Of a stretch of 64,000 bases of DNA, positions 1 through 9,710 are shown one piece after another. A program made the position numbers and the translations under genes. The number at the start of each line of letters is the position of its first letter. Within the stretch, counting starts at the first letter, position 1. The DNA is from an uncultured Candidatus Saccharibacteria bacterium (lineage in GTDB: Bacteria > Patescibacteriota > Saccharimonadia > Saccharimonadales > Saccharimonadaceae): contig CAMZAD010000003.1 in the NCBI GenBank assembly GCA_947304155.1, forward strand, positions 7,345-71,344, read 5' to 3'. The notes under the pieces are model-generated. The model did no database searches. It was not told where the DNA came from and was given only the letters and a program-made list of their open reading frames with translations.

Positions 1-64
1 ATATTATACACATTTTCTCTAAAAAGTAAAGCCTCACCGCTGTTATTCCCCTATTTTCATGGTT

Positions 65-92
65 TTGACATTACATTTTTGTATAATATAAT
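65..92 (+). promoter_or_regulatory. Sigma-70-type promoter of uppP; transcript apparently leaderless
   Basis: TTGACA 65-70, 16-nt spacer, TATAAT 87-92. The ATG at 100 lies 7 nt after the -10 box and there is no Shine-Dalgarno. Confidence 0.5.
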
Positions 93-99
93 ATCTTTT

Positions 100-906
100 A
101 TGAATATATTTGAATCATTTGTCTTAGGACTCACCCAAGGCGTGACGGAGTTTATCCCAGTTTCTTCGTCTGGACACCTTGAAATAGTGCAAAGATTACT
201 GGGTGGCGGGCGCGCCGAAGATTTCCATCTTTTCTTGGAACTCATTAACTTCGGTACACTCTTTGCGTTGCTTTGGTATTACCGCAAGCGCATCATTAAA
301 ATCTTAAACGACATCTTTAAAAAGCACGACTGGTATATGGCAATCAACTTGCTTCTTACCTCAATCCCAGCCGGTATCATCGGAATTTTGCTTTCAAAGT
401 TCATCGAGAGCGCCTCATTCTTCTCATCACTTTGGACCATCGCTACAGCAATTGGTGTAGTTGGTCTTTTGATGATTTTCGTCGAGAAACTTCCACATTT
501 CTCAAAACTTAAAGATGAAGAAAAACTAACCCCAATGCGCGCTCTTGGCATTGGTCTCGCCCAAACTTTTGCTCTCATTCCTGGCGTTTCTCGCTCTGGT
601 TCAACCATCTTGGCTGGCCGCGTAATGGGTATGGATTCAAAAGCTTCAGCAAACTATTCATTCATGGCATCAATTCCAATCATGATTGGCGTTTGTCTTA
701 AATCACTTTTGTCTAGCACATCACGTGCTTACATTGGCGCAAACTGCGGAATGTTAATCTTCTCAAACATCGTTGCATTTGTCTTCGGTATGATTGCACT
801 CACATTTGTGATTAGGTTCCTCGAAAAGAAGAATTCACTTCAAGCATTTGGTTACTACCGTGTAGCACTTGCAGCAATTATCTTTATCGTATTAATCTTG
901 CAATAA
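100..906 (+). CDS. uppP: Undecaprenyl-diphosphatase (BacA/UppP)
   Basis: N-terminal GLTQGVTEFIPVSSSGHL and PGVSRSGSTI motifs and multiple hydrophobic segments typical of UppP. The ORF-track TTG start at 79 lies inside the promoter, so ATG 100 (MNIFESF...) is preferred. Confidence 0.9.
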   Translation: MNIFESFVLGLTQGVTEFIPVSSSGHLEIVQRLLGGGRAEDFHLFLELINFGTLFALLWYYRKRIIKILNDIFKKHDWYMAINLLLTSIPAGIIGILLSKFIESASFFSSLWTIATAIGVVGLLMIFVEKLPHFSKLKDEEKLTPMRALGIGLAQTFALIPGVSRSGSTILAGRVMGMDSKASANYSFMASIPIMIGVCLKSLLSSTSRAYIGANCGMLIFSNIVAFVFGMIALTFVIRFLEKKNSLQAFGYYRVALAAIIFIVLILQ

Positions 907-939
907 AAAAATCCCCCGGCAAGTCCGGGGGATTTTTTA
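904..939. terminator. Bidirectional intrinsic terminator between uppP and the convergent surface-protein gene
   Basis: Hairpin ATCCCCCGG-caagt-CCGGGGGAT (911-933) flanked by an A-run on the left and a T-run on the right. Confidence 0.8.
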
Positions 940-2841
940 TTCTTCTGATTTTATTTTGTTTCTTTTTCTAATGGTCAAGGCAACGAAGACGGAGCAAATA
1001 ATTGAGCCGAGTGAGAAGGCTGGAGTAGCTGATTCTATCCAGGTGTTTCCAGAAACACCAGTGTTTGGAACATCTGGTGAAAGTGGAACTAACTTAGCAC
1101 TTAAATAAACATTTGCATCTGGCATTGTAAACTTATTTTGCTGAACCTTAATCTTACGACCTGATGCATCTTTGGCTTCGACAACAATCATGTAGCCTTC
1201 AGGAGCTTCGCCAGTTTCAACTGTAATTACATCAGTTTCAACGGCTGGATTTTTTGAAACGCTCGTAATATATTCTTCGCTGCCAGCCTCAATGTAGATA
1301 TCGCGTGGACCAACGACGTGATACATTTGTTTGTTATTGTGTTCAACTTGAACTTCTTGATAGCCGTCTTTAATGTAGTCTTCTACAGGGAAATCATAAT
1401 AACCGCCAGAGATATATTTCATTTCAATTTCGTAGACTGAGACGGTACCATCATTAATAGTATTGAAGGTGCCATCTTCAATTGAGATAGTAACAAGATC
1501 AACAATTTCTTGTGGGTGGTTCATTGGGTTAGTGAAGCTGAATGGAACTACGGCATCATAGTCACCAGTTTTAATCACGACGTCGATTGGTTGTTTGGTG
1601 GTGTGTTGTGCAACTGAGATTGCTGCACCAACTGTAGTTGAGCCGTTGGCGTTGCCTATAACGTAGTATGGACTTGTGACAGTGATATGGACATCATCAA
1701 CTTCAAGCCTGCCGGCGCGAATTTCAACACCACCAACACCGACAATCGTAGTACCATTAAGTTTTGTTACGCCATTAATTTGTGGCGCATAAATTCCGAG
1801 GCCATGTGATGCGATAAGCGTTGCGGCGTTAACTGTGAATTTGGCGTTCGTGCCTTCATTTCTACCAGAGTCGGAACCGTTGCCCGAAATGGCGTTGCCC
1901 CATGACTTAATAACTACGCCGTCATTAACTGTAATATCTGAGTTTTTAAAGCCGACGATGCCATTGCTACCTTTATTATCGTCAACGCCATTTTCTGCGA
2001 GGATGGTGCCGCCATTAAAGACACCGACTGAGCCATCCTGGAAGCTAACTGCAACGTCGTCATCTGAATTTGTCTTAATAAGGCCATTATTCATTACGAG
2101 AGTTGAATTTTCATTGGCCCTAACTCCGAGACCTTCACTTTCAATAACACCATTATTGATGGTAATTTCACCAGCGTGATAGACCGCAAAATCTTTAGCG
2201 TAGATTTTACCGTTATTTAGAGTAAGTTCAGTTCCATTAGCGCCGTAAATTGCGATATACGAAGACGAGGTCTCAACCGAGCCGCCATTAATCGTGATTT
2301 TATCGCCAACATTCTTACTATAAATTGTGTAAGATGGAGCTGAGATTTTACCACCATTAACCGTAATATCACCATTTATAAGATAAATGCCGCGGTTTTC
2401 ATCACCGCCACTAGCGATAATTGAGCCAGAGTTAAGCTCAAGAGTGGCATGAATTGCGGCTACATCGGTAGTCCCCAACCTACCAACGCGCATAATGTAG
2501 TTTTCGTTATAATTTCCAACGATTTTACCATTTTTATCTGCTGACGAATCAAAAATCACAGCGTCCGTGTAGACAAAGAGACATTTGTTATCTGCAAGAG
2601 TCAAGGTATTACCATTAAGGTCGAGATTAATTGGAGCCTTCATTGTATAGCTACCGTTAAGTGTAATATTAGCACCAAGTTTAACGTCGCCACCAGTGCC
2701 GGTATTAAATCTGTTCAAGAGCTCATCTTCTGTGGTTACAGTAATCACATCAGCTGCAAAAGCCGATTTTGGCGTGATAAACCCACCCATAGCCATGGCG
2801 AGTATTACCAGCACGAGAACGCGTTTTATAATACGCTTCAT
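937..2841 (-). CDS. Secreted beta-helix-repeat surface protein with LPXTG-like (VPNTG) sorting signal
   Basis: Signal peptide (MKRIIKRVLVLVILAMAMGGFITPKSAFA). Many degenerate N-G-G/N-x-I repeats (INGGSVETSS, LNNGKIYAKD, INNGVIESEG, MNNGLIKTNS) suggest a parallel beta-helix. C-terminus has VPNTG, then a hydrophobic stretch, then an RKRNKIK tail. Confidence 0.6.
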   Translation of the reverse strand: MKRIIKRVLVLVILAMAMGGFITPKSAFAADVITVTTEDELLNRFNTGTGGDVKLGANITLNGSYTMKAPINLDLNGNTLTLADNKCLFVYTDAVIFDSSADKNGKIVGNYNENYIMRVGRLGTTDVAAIHATLELNSGSIIASGGDENRGIYLINGDITVNGGKISAPSYTIYSKNVGDKITINGGSVETSSSYIAIYGANGTELTLNNGKIYAKDFAVYHAGEITINNGVIESEGLGVRANENSTLVMNNGLIKTNSDDDVAVSFQDGSVGVFNGGTILAENGVDDNKGSNGIVGFKNSDITVNDGVVIKSWGNAISGNGSDSGRNEGTNAKFTVNAATLIASHGLGIYAPQINGVTKLNGTTIVGVGGVEIRAGRLEVDDVHITVTSPYYVIGNANGSTTVGAAISVAQHTTKQPIDVVIKTGDYDAVVPFSFTNPMNHPQEIVDLVTISIEDGTFNTINDGTVSVYEIEMKYISGGYYDFPVEDYIKDGYQEVQVEHNNKQMYHVVGPRDIYIEAGSEEYITSVSKNPAVETDVITVETGEAPEGYMIVVEAKDASGRKIKVQQNKFTMPDANVYLSAKLVPLSPDVPNTGVSGNTWIESATPAFSLGSIICSVFVALTIRKRNKIKSEE

Positions 2842-2944
2842 AACCTCTCTTTTATCTTTTTATATTGACCTTTTATGATTCTATTGTTCACTAAAAGGAT
2901 TGTTTTGTCAATAGTTTTTATGCTTATTTCGAGAGTAGAAAAGT

Positions 2945-3550
2945 TTATTTTATAATTGCGAGCGTTTCTTTAACTGACAAGTGCTTAGTTGGGTGTGTAC
3001 GGAGCCACTCATCTACAGCACGGCTTGAACCAGGAAGTTCTGGATTATTATAATCATGCACAACAATAATTGCGTCTTTCGTCATGCGATTTTCAACAAG
3101 TTTCAAGCTAGTTTTGATGCTAGTATAAAGATCGCCGTCAAGGAAGGCGAAGCAGATTTTCTCTGGAACATCTTCGACTGGGTCCAAATCTTCAAAGAAG
3201 CCTTTTTTGATTTTTGGAAGTTTAAGACCAAAGCGTTTGAATTTTTCAATCACTTCACGCTTTGTAACAAGCAATTCGCCAGCTTTAAACTGATCGCCCG
3301 CGGCACTTTGGTCTTCCTTAGTTTTAGCTGGGAGGCCTTCAAAAGAATCATAAAGCCAAAGGATTTTTTCAGAATTTTTTTTCTCAAGCAGACGTTTAAA
3401 GAGCACACTCGTGTCGCCACGATAGCAGCCAAATTCCACCACGTCTCCTTCGAGGTTCAAAGTCTGCTCAAGTAGTTCAAGCAAAGTGTCGGTCTCGATT
3501 TTAGTAACTTGTTGTGGTTCATCCGCCTTAGTTTTATGATTTTTTGCCAT
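2945..3550 (-). CDS. Class I SAM-dependent methyltransferase, TylF/macrocin-O-methyltransferase-like
   Basis: VVEFGCYRGDTS (SAM-binding glycine loop), DSFEGLP, FLDGDLYTS and VVHDY motifs are laid out as in the TylF family. Confidence 0.65.
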   Translation of the reverse strand: MAKNHKTKADEPQQVTKIETDTLLELLEQTLNLEGDVVEFGCYRGDTSVLFKRLLEKKNSEKILWLYDSFEGLPAKTKEDQSAAGDQFKAGELLVTKREVIEKFKRFGLKLPKIKKGFFEDLDPVEDVPEKICFAFLDGDLYTSIKTSLKLVENRMTKDAIIVVHDYNNPELPGSSRAVDEWLRTHPTKHLSVKETLAIIK

Positions 3551-3585
3551 ATATAATATATATTATACAATATTTATCAGTTTTT

Positions 3586-3617
3586 GCAAAAGAAAAAGCC
3601 GCTTTGTTTTGCGGCTT
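3586..3617 (-). terminator. Intrinsic terminator of dnaK
   Basis: Hairpin AAGCCGC (3596-3602) / GCGGCTT (3611-3617), followed on the minus strand by a T-rich run (complement of 3586-3595). Confidence 0.7.
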
Positions 3618-3636
3618 CTTCCCTAACCTTTTTAGA

Positions 3637-5526
<1,890 letters not shown>

Positions 5527-5544
5527 ATTATTTTTCCTTTCTTT

Positions 5545-5571
5545 TTAGCACTCATATATTATGTTTGCTAA
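5545..5571. promoter_or_regulatory. CIRCE-like operator (imperfect) in the dnaK 5' UTR
   Basis: TTAGCACTC-N9-GTTTGCTAA, with two mismatches in the right arm relative to the CIRCE consensus TTAGCACTC-N9-GAGTGCTAA. Confidence 0.55.
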
Positions 5572-5582
5572 TTCTTGCCTAT

Positions 5583-5611
5583 ATTATAGACCATTAGCAC
5601 TCATTATGCAA
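5583..5611 (-). promoter_or_regulatory. dnaK promoter overlapping CIRCE
   Basis: On the minus strand: TTGCAT (complement of 5606-5611), 17-nt spacer, TATAAT (complement of 5583-5588). The -35 lies in the spacer of the perfect CIRCE. Confidence 0.55.
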
Positions 5612-5620
5612 GAGTGCTAA
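5594..5620. promoter_or_regulatory. CIRCE operator (HrcA binding site), perfect consensus
   Basis: TTAGCACTC-attatgcaa-GAGTGCTAA, an exact match to the CIRCE inverted repeat. Confidence 0.85.
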
Positions 5621-5676
5621 TACAGGGGTGGCACGAGAAAAATAATGGTTTTTTGAAGATTTTTAGAAACTCTAGA

Positions 5677-6294
5677 TTATTTCTTGCTAAGTGGGAAGGC
5701 TGCAATGATACCGACGCCGAGAGCACTAACGATATCCCACATTGTGTCTTGGACGCCTGGAGCGATTAATTCTTGCATTGAACCGCCAAAGATTTCGTCA
5801 TAAAGAAATTCAAAGCATTCCCAACCAGCGGCAGTTAAGGCGACAAAAGCGACAATGAAGAGCCAGGTGAATCTTGAGTCGTAGTGTTTTACTTTGGTTG
5901 AACTATTTGTGACTTTTACGGTCATACCATCATAGTTACGATCAAGGATTTCCTTTGCAATCACAGCAGAGACGAGACCAGAAGTTGCGTGGACAATTTT
6001 ATCGAAGCATGGGTTGCCGAAAATATACCAAGTTTTATAGAGGTCAAAGTCAATACCCATAACCATTGCTAGAGCCAGAAAGAGCACATAGACAGTCTGG
6101 AGTCTAGCGGAAGTATTGAACCCGAATAATTTAATGAAGTCCGGGATGAATGGCAAAACAATTGTTACGAGATAGCTGCCAGTTTTTGGCCAAGCTTCTG
6201 GCGCAAAAATATGCGCAATAAAGAGCCCTACCCCGAAGAGCGAAATGATAATTTTTAATATTAAATTAATCTTCTCAAGAGTCTTAGTTTTCAT
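5677..6294 (-). CDS. Integral membrane protein, unknown function
   Basis: 205-aa ORF with several hydrophobic segments and no recognisable motif. TGaTAAAAT box lies 6 nt upstream of the ATG. Confidence 0.45.
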   Translation of the reverse strand: MKTKTLEKINLILKIIISLFGVGLFIAHIFAPEAWPKTGSYLVTIVLPFIPDFIKLFGFNTSARLQTVYVLFLALAMVMGIDFDLYKTWYIFGNPCFDKIVHATSGLVSAVIAKEILDRNYDGMTVKVTNSSTKVKHYDSRFTWLFIVAFVALTAAGWECFEFLYDEIFGGSMQELIAPGVQDTMWDIVSALGVGIIAAFPLSKK

Positions 6295-6325
6295 ACCCTT
6301 ATTTTATCATATTTATAGATGTAGT

Positions 6326-7156
6326 CTATTTTTTTAGCCTCCTTACCCCTTTTACTATCTCTTTTCGAAATTGGAAAATCAGAATAAAAATACCAAGGGC
6401 CATGATAAAAATTGCGAGGCCGAGCGCAGAGAAACTATTTTCGGCAGTGTCGCCAAGCTTTGGCACGTCGAGCGCATAATCGGCGCCGTCATTAGACTCG
6501 ATTTTCTTACAACGGTTCGTTTCAGGATTTAAGTATTTCCCTTCCGGGCAAGTTTTCTCGTTACCGACACCGGTTGAAGTGGTTTTTCCAGACGAGTCTT
6601 CCTTGTCTTTATTACAGCGATTCGTATCGAGGTTTAGATGATAACCCTCGTTGCAAATCTTTACAACGGTTGCTTCCCCAGTGGCAGGGTCATAGGTAGT
6701 AATAGTTTTACCAGTTGAGGTTTCTTCGATAGTTTGAAGATTTTTACAGCGATTAGTTTTTGGATTTAGGAACTTTCCTTCTGGACAGGTCTTAGCCGTT
6801 ACCTCTGGAATGGAAGTATCAATTTCAGGGTCCACTTCATCGTCTGCCACAACCTGGGCTGAATCGTCTTCGGAAATATTACTAAGCGTTGCCTTGAAGC
6901 TGCTAGCCGAGAAAACGCCAATATTCCCGGCTACAGCTAAAGGTGTTTGGACTCCCGCAAAAAAGTAATTTCTGCGGTATATGAGAGCCTCGTCACCCCT
7001 CCGTTCCTCCTCGGAGCCATAATCATTCAATAAATCTCCAGTTGGAGAGTTGACGAGCAAATCTAATTTCGGCGGTTCGTTTAACAGTCCAGCATTTAAG
7101 TCTATGCCGGCAAAGATGCTAGCGGCCGTCAAAAAGATAGTTAAAAATGTTGCCAT
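6326..7156 (-). CDS. Surface protein with three C-x-EG-x-x-LN-x-x-TNRC mini-repeats and a C-terminal membrane anchor
   Basis: Start moved to MATFLTIFLTAASIFA (signal-like; GAGGT SD 7 nt upstream). Repeats are CPEGKFLNPKTNRCK, CNEGYHLNLDTNRCNK, CPEGKYLNPETNRCKK. C-terminal TM is ALGLAIFIMALGIFILIF, followed by a basic tail. Confidence 0.5.
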   Translation of the reverse strand: MATFLTIFLTAASIFAGIDLNAGLLNEPPKLDLLVNSPTGDLLNDYGSEEERRGDEALIYRRNYFFAGVQTPLAVAGNIGVFSASSFKATLSNISEDDSAQVVADDEVDPEIDTSIPEVTAKTCPEGKFLNPKTNRCKNLQTIEETSTGKTITTYDPATGEATVVKICNEGYHLNLDTNRCNKDKEDSSGKTTSTGVGNEKTCPEGKYLNPETNRCKKIESNDGADYALDVPKLGDTAENSFSALGLAIFIMALGIFILIFQFRKEIVKGVRRLKK

Positions 7157-7311
7157 AGTATTACCTCGTTTACTTAACGACGGCACTATATCAAAGTCCA
7201 AAAATAACACAAGCATAAGCGTCTTATTTTACAAAATAACAGGGGTAATTTCAGACTTTTTTAATTGCCATAAGCGTTTATAAATTAGCATAAGTGTGTT
7301 ATAATGCGAAT

Positions 7312-8022
7312 ATGGATGGTCTTTTATCTGGAGATGGTGTACAGATTTGCATTATTTTTCTGGCTGCGCTAGTAAATGCATCTCTTCAACTTGGACTAGG
7401 TTCCCTGCTTTTGCTATACCACGCCAGCCTCGGTAAACACATCAAGAAAAAGACTAAAATACTCGCATCAAATTACATTCTTGGCTCATTAGTCTTCATT
7501 GGCTTAATGGTGGCCGCGAGCAGTTTCATTATCGCAACAGTAGCCGGCAGCACTCTCCCAGTAGAAGTTTTATCACTTCTCGTTGTCATCATGTTTATCC
7601 TCGCAGTAATTATCTGGTTCTTCTATTACCAAACTAAGCGCTCGACTGAACTATGGCTACCAAGATCGGTCTCAAGATACATTAGCACCCGCGCGAAAAT
7701 CACCGAAAGCAATACTGAAGCATTCTCGCTCGGTATGCTCGCAACCTTCGCTGAAATGCCGTTCTCAGCCGTGTTGATGGTTGTAGCCGGAAACTCAGTA
7801 ATCACATTATCTACCAACTGGCTCCAAATTCTCTCGGTCATCGGATACACATTAATCGCAATCCTACCGCTTCTAGTTTTAAGATTCTGTATCCGGCATG
7901 GCAAGACCGTGGTGGACATACAAAAATGGCGCATGAAAAACAAAAGTTTCCTAAAAGTGATGTCTGGAGTCGGATTCGTCACACTCGCAACGTTCATTAT
8001 CGCATTTAAGATTATGGGGTAG
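7312..8022 (+). CDS. Polytopic membrane protein, unknown function
   Basis: About six hydrophobic segments. The ORF-track GTG at 7294 lies within TGtTATAAT (7297-7305). ATG 7312 is 6 nt downstream of the -10 box. Confidence 0.45.
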   Translation: MDGLLSGDGVQICIIFLAALVNASLQLGLGSLLLLYHASLGKHIKKKTKILASNYILGSLVFIGLMVAASSFIIATVAGSTLPVEVLSLLVVIMFILAVIIWFFYYQTKRSTELWLPRSVSRYISTRAKITESNTEAFSLGMLATFAEMPFSAVLMVVAGNSVITLSTNWLQILSVIGYTLIAILPLLVLRFCIRHGKTVVDIQKWRMKNKSFLKVMSGVGFVTLATFIIAFKIMG

Positions 8023-8024
8023 TA

Positions 8025-8267
8025 ATGAGAGAAGAAGTCACTAAGGAAAAGATTAGAGACGATATCCTGAGAGAAGCGCGAGTTTTAAAAATTCAGATTG
8101 GAACCGCGGAAATAATCGCAGATAAAGTTTCAGAAAAAGTGTTTGGTTGGAGTAAGAAGCGTTCAATAATTACAGTGGATGACTTGAACCATCAAATCGC
8201 AAAAGAAGTAGCAAAGTTTAATAAAGATTTGGCATATTTATTTGAAAGCCGAGGAAAGATAATTTAA
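8025..8267 (+). CDS. Small cytoplasmic protein, possibly ATP-cone-like (tentative)
   Basis: 80-aa ORF starting 3 nt after the preceding stop. Weak resemblance to ATP-cone domains (EKIRDDI...; DDLNHQIAKEVAKFNKDLAYLFESR). Not verifiable here. Confidence 0.3.
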   Translation: MREEVTKEKIRDDILREARVLKIQIGTAEIIADKVSEKVFGWSKKRSIITVDDLNHQIAKEVAKFNKDLAYLFESRGKII

Positions 8268-8278
8268 GAAGGAGGTAT

Positions 8279-9709
8279 ATGAAGAAATTTGATTATGATT
8301 TAGTAGTGATTGGCAGCGGCGCAGCTGGCGGAACCGCAGCAATGATGGCCGCAAAATCTGGCCTTAAAACTGCGCTTGTTGAAGCTGGTGCGTGGGGTGG
8401 TACAAATGTAAATCGCCGCGATATTCCTTCTGCCGCAGCATTGCATTTCTCACAAACCTTCTTTGGCGCAATCGAAATGAGCCGACTTGGTCTTTCTTCA
8501 ACCGCCCTCAAATATAACTATCCTTCAGTCTTAAACTGGAACCTCGTCGCCCAAAAACGTGCTGGCGCAAACAGCAAAAAAGACTTCGAAGAAGCTGGCA
8601 TTAAATGTATTTCAGGCTTTGCACAATTCATTTCAGCAAACGAAATTTCAGCTGGCGATGCTGGCAAAATCTCTGCTAAGAATTTCATCATTGCAACTGG
8701 CGCAACTCCAATTGATCCAGGTATTACTGGTGCAGCTGAAGCTGGCTGTTTACTTCCTGATGACGTCTTTACTTTACGTAGATTACCAAAGGTTGTAATG
8801 GTAGTTGGTGGCGGCAGCACAGGTTGTGAAGTCGCTGAATACCTTGCCGAGATGGGCTCAAAAGTTTTGATTGCAGAAATTTCTGAGCGCTTGCTTCCAA
8901 AGGAAGATCCAGAAGCTGGTGAGGTAATTGAAAAGAGATTCTCAAAGACATTAGATATGAAAGTCTTGACCAGTACTCGCGTTGTTGCAGCTACAAAAGC
9001 TGGCATGGAAGTTTTGCCATCTGGCCGCAAGACTCAAGTTATTAAGGTTAACTTGATGCGTGGCGGACAAGAAAAATCCGTCAAAGTTGAAGCAGTTGTG
9101 CTCGCAACTGGCTCTGAGCCAGCTGTCGACTTAGGCCTTTCTAACGCTGGCGTAAAATTCAGCAACAAAGGCATTAACGTCCTCCCAACTATGCAAACTA
9201 CCGTAAAAAATATCTACGCAGTTGGCGACGTTGCAAACGTCACAACCGAAAAACGTGCAGACGTAGTTGATATTTCTTCAACCGAGAAGGCAAGCTACGA
9301 AGCAGCAACCGCAGCGGCAAACCTCATTAACAAGGCTAAAACAGTTGTAGTTTACAAAGGCTTCGTTCGCATGACCAACACCTTCCCTCGCGTGGCTGCA
9401 ATTGGCTTAACTGAAGACGAGTGCATTAGTCGCGATTTGAAATATAAGCAAGTACTCGTACCACTTTCAGCTGTTTCAGCTTCAAACACCGAAGACTACC
9501 AAGATGGCTTCGTAAAGTTTGTCGTGAACCGCGAAAAGAAAATCATCGGTGCAACAATTGTCGCGCCATACGCCGATTTAATGATTCATGAAATTGCGCT
9601 CGCAATGCGCTCTGATCTCAAAGTAATTGAGCTCGCATCTTTGCCACACGTTGAACAAAGCTGGGGCGAAGCAGTTCACATCGCAGCAAGAAGAATTGCA
9701 AGAGGCTAA
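8279..9709 (+). CDS. FAD/NAD(P)-dependent pyridine nucleotide-disulfide oxidoreductase family protein lacking the redox-active CxxxxC
   Basis: YDLVVIGSGAAGGTAA (FAD GxGxxG), VVGGGSTGCEVAEY (NAD GxGxxG), AVGDV, and a C-terminal dimerisation region with HVEQS. AGGAGG SD upstream. Active-site region reads GGTNVNRRDIPSAA. Confidence 0.8.
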   Translation: MKKFDYDLVVIGSGAAGGTAAMMAAKSGLKTALVEAGAWGGTNVNRRDIPSAAALHFSQTFFGAIEMSRLGLSSTALKYNYPSVLNWNLVAQKRAGANSKKDFEEAGIKCISGFAQFISANEISAGDAGKISAKNFIIATGATPIDPGITGAAEAGCLLPDDVFTLRRLPKVVMVVGGGSTGCEVAEYLAEMGSKVLIAEISERLLPKEDPEAGEVIEKRFSKTLDMKVLTSTRVVAATKAGMEVLPSGRKTQVIKVNLMRGGQEKSVKVEAVVLATGSEPAVDLGLSNAGVKFSNKGINVLPTMQTTVKNIYAVGDVANVTTEKRADVVDISSTEKASYEAATAAANLINKAKTVVVYKGFVRMTNTFPRVAAIGLTEDECISRDLKYKQVLVPLSAVSASNTEDYQDGFVKFVVNREKKIIGATIVAPYADLMIHEIALAMRSDLKVIELASLPHVEQSWGEAVHIAARRIARG

Positions 9710-9710
9710 T

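Noticed and set aside
79-99. TTG start at 79 for uppP given by the ORF track
   Set aside because: Codons 79-99 coincide with the TATAAT boxes of the promoter. UppP homologues begin at the MNIFE-type sequence that starts at 100.
3371-3380. Homopolymeric run of 8-9 T (A on the coding strand) inside the TylF-like methyltransferase gene as a phase-variation switch
   Set aside because: The tract is short and encodes an ordinary Lys-rich segment (EKKNSEK). Similar A7-A8 runs occur throughout this AT-rich sequence. There is no evidence of variability in a single sequence.
9627-9710. Upstream extension of the PMT-like gene overlapping the flavoprotein gene by 83 nt
   Set aside because: The extension has no TM or conserved features and lies in an alternative frame of the preceding CDS. 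TTG 9711 or ATG 9771, just before the first TM, is more plausible.
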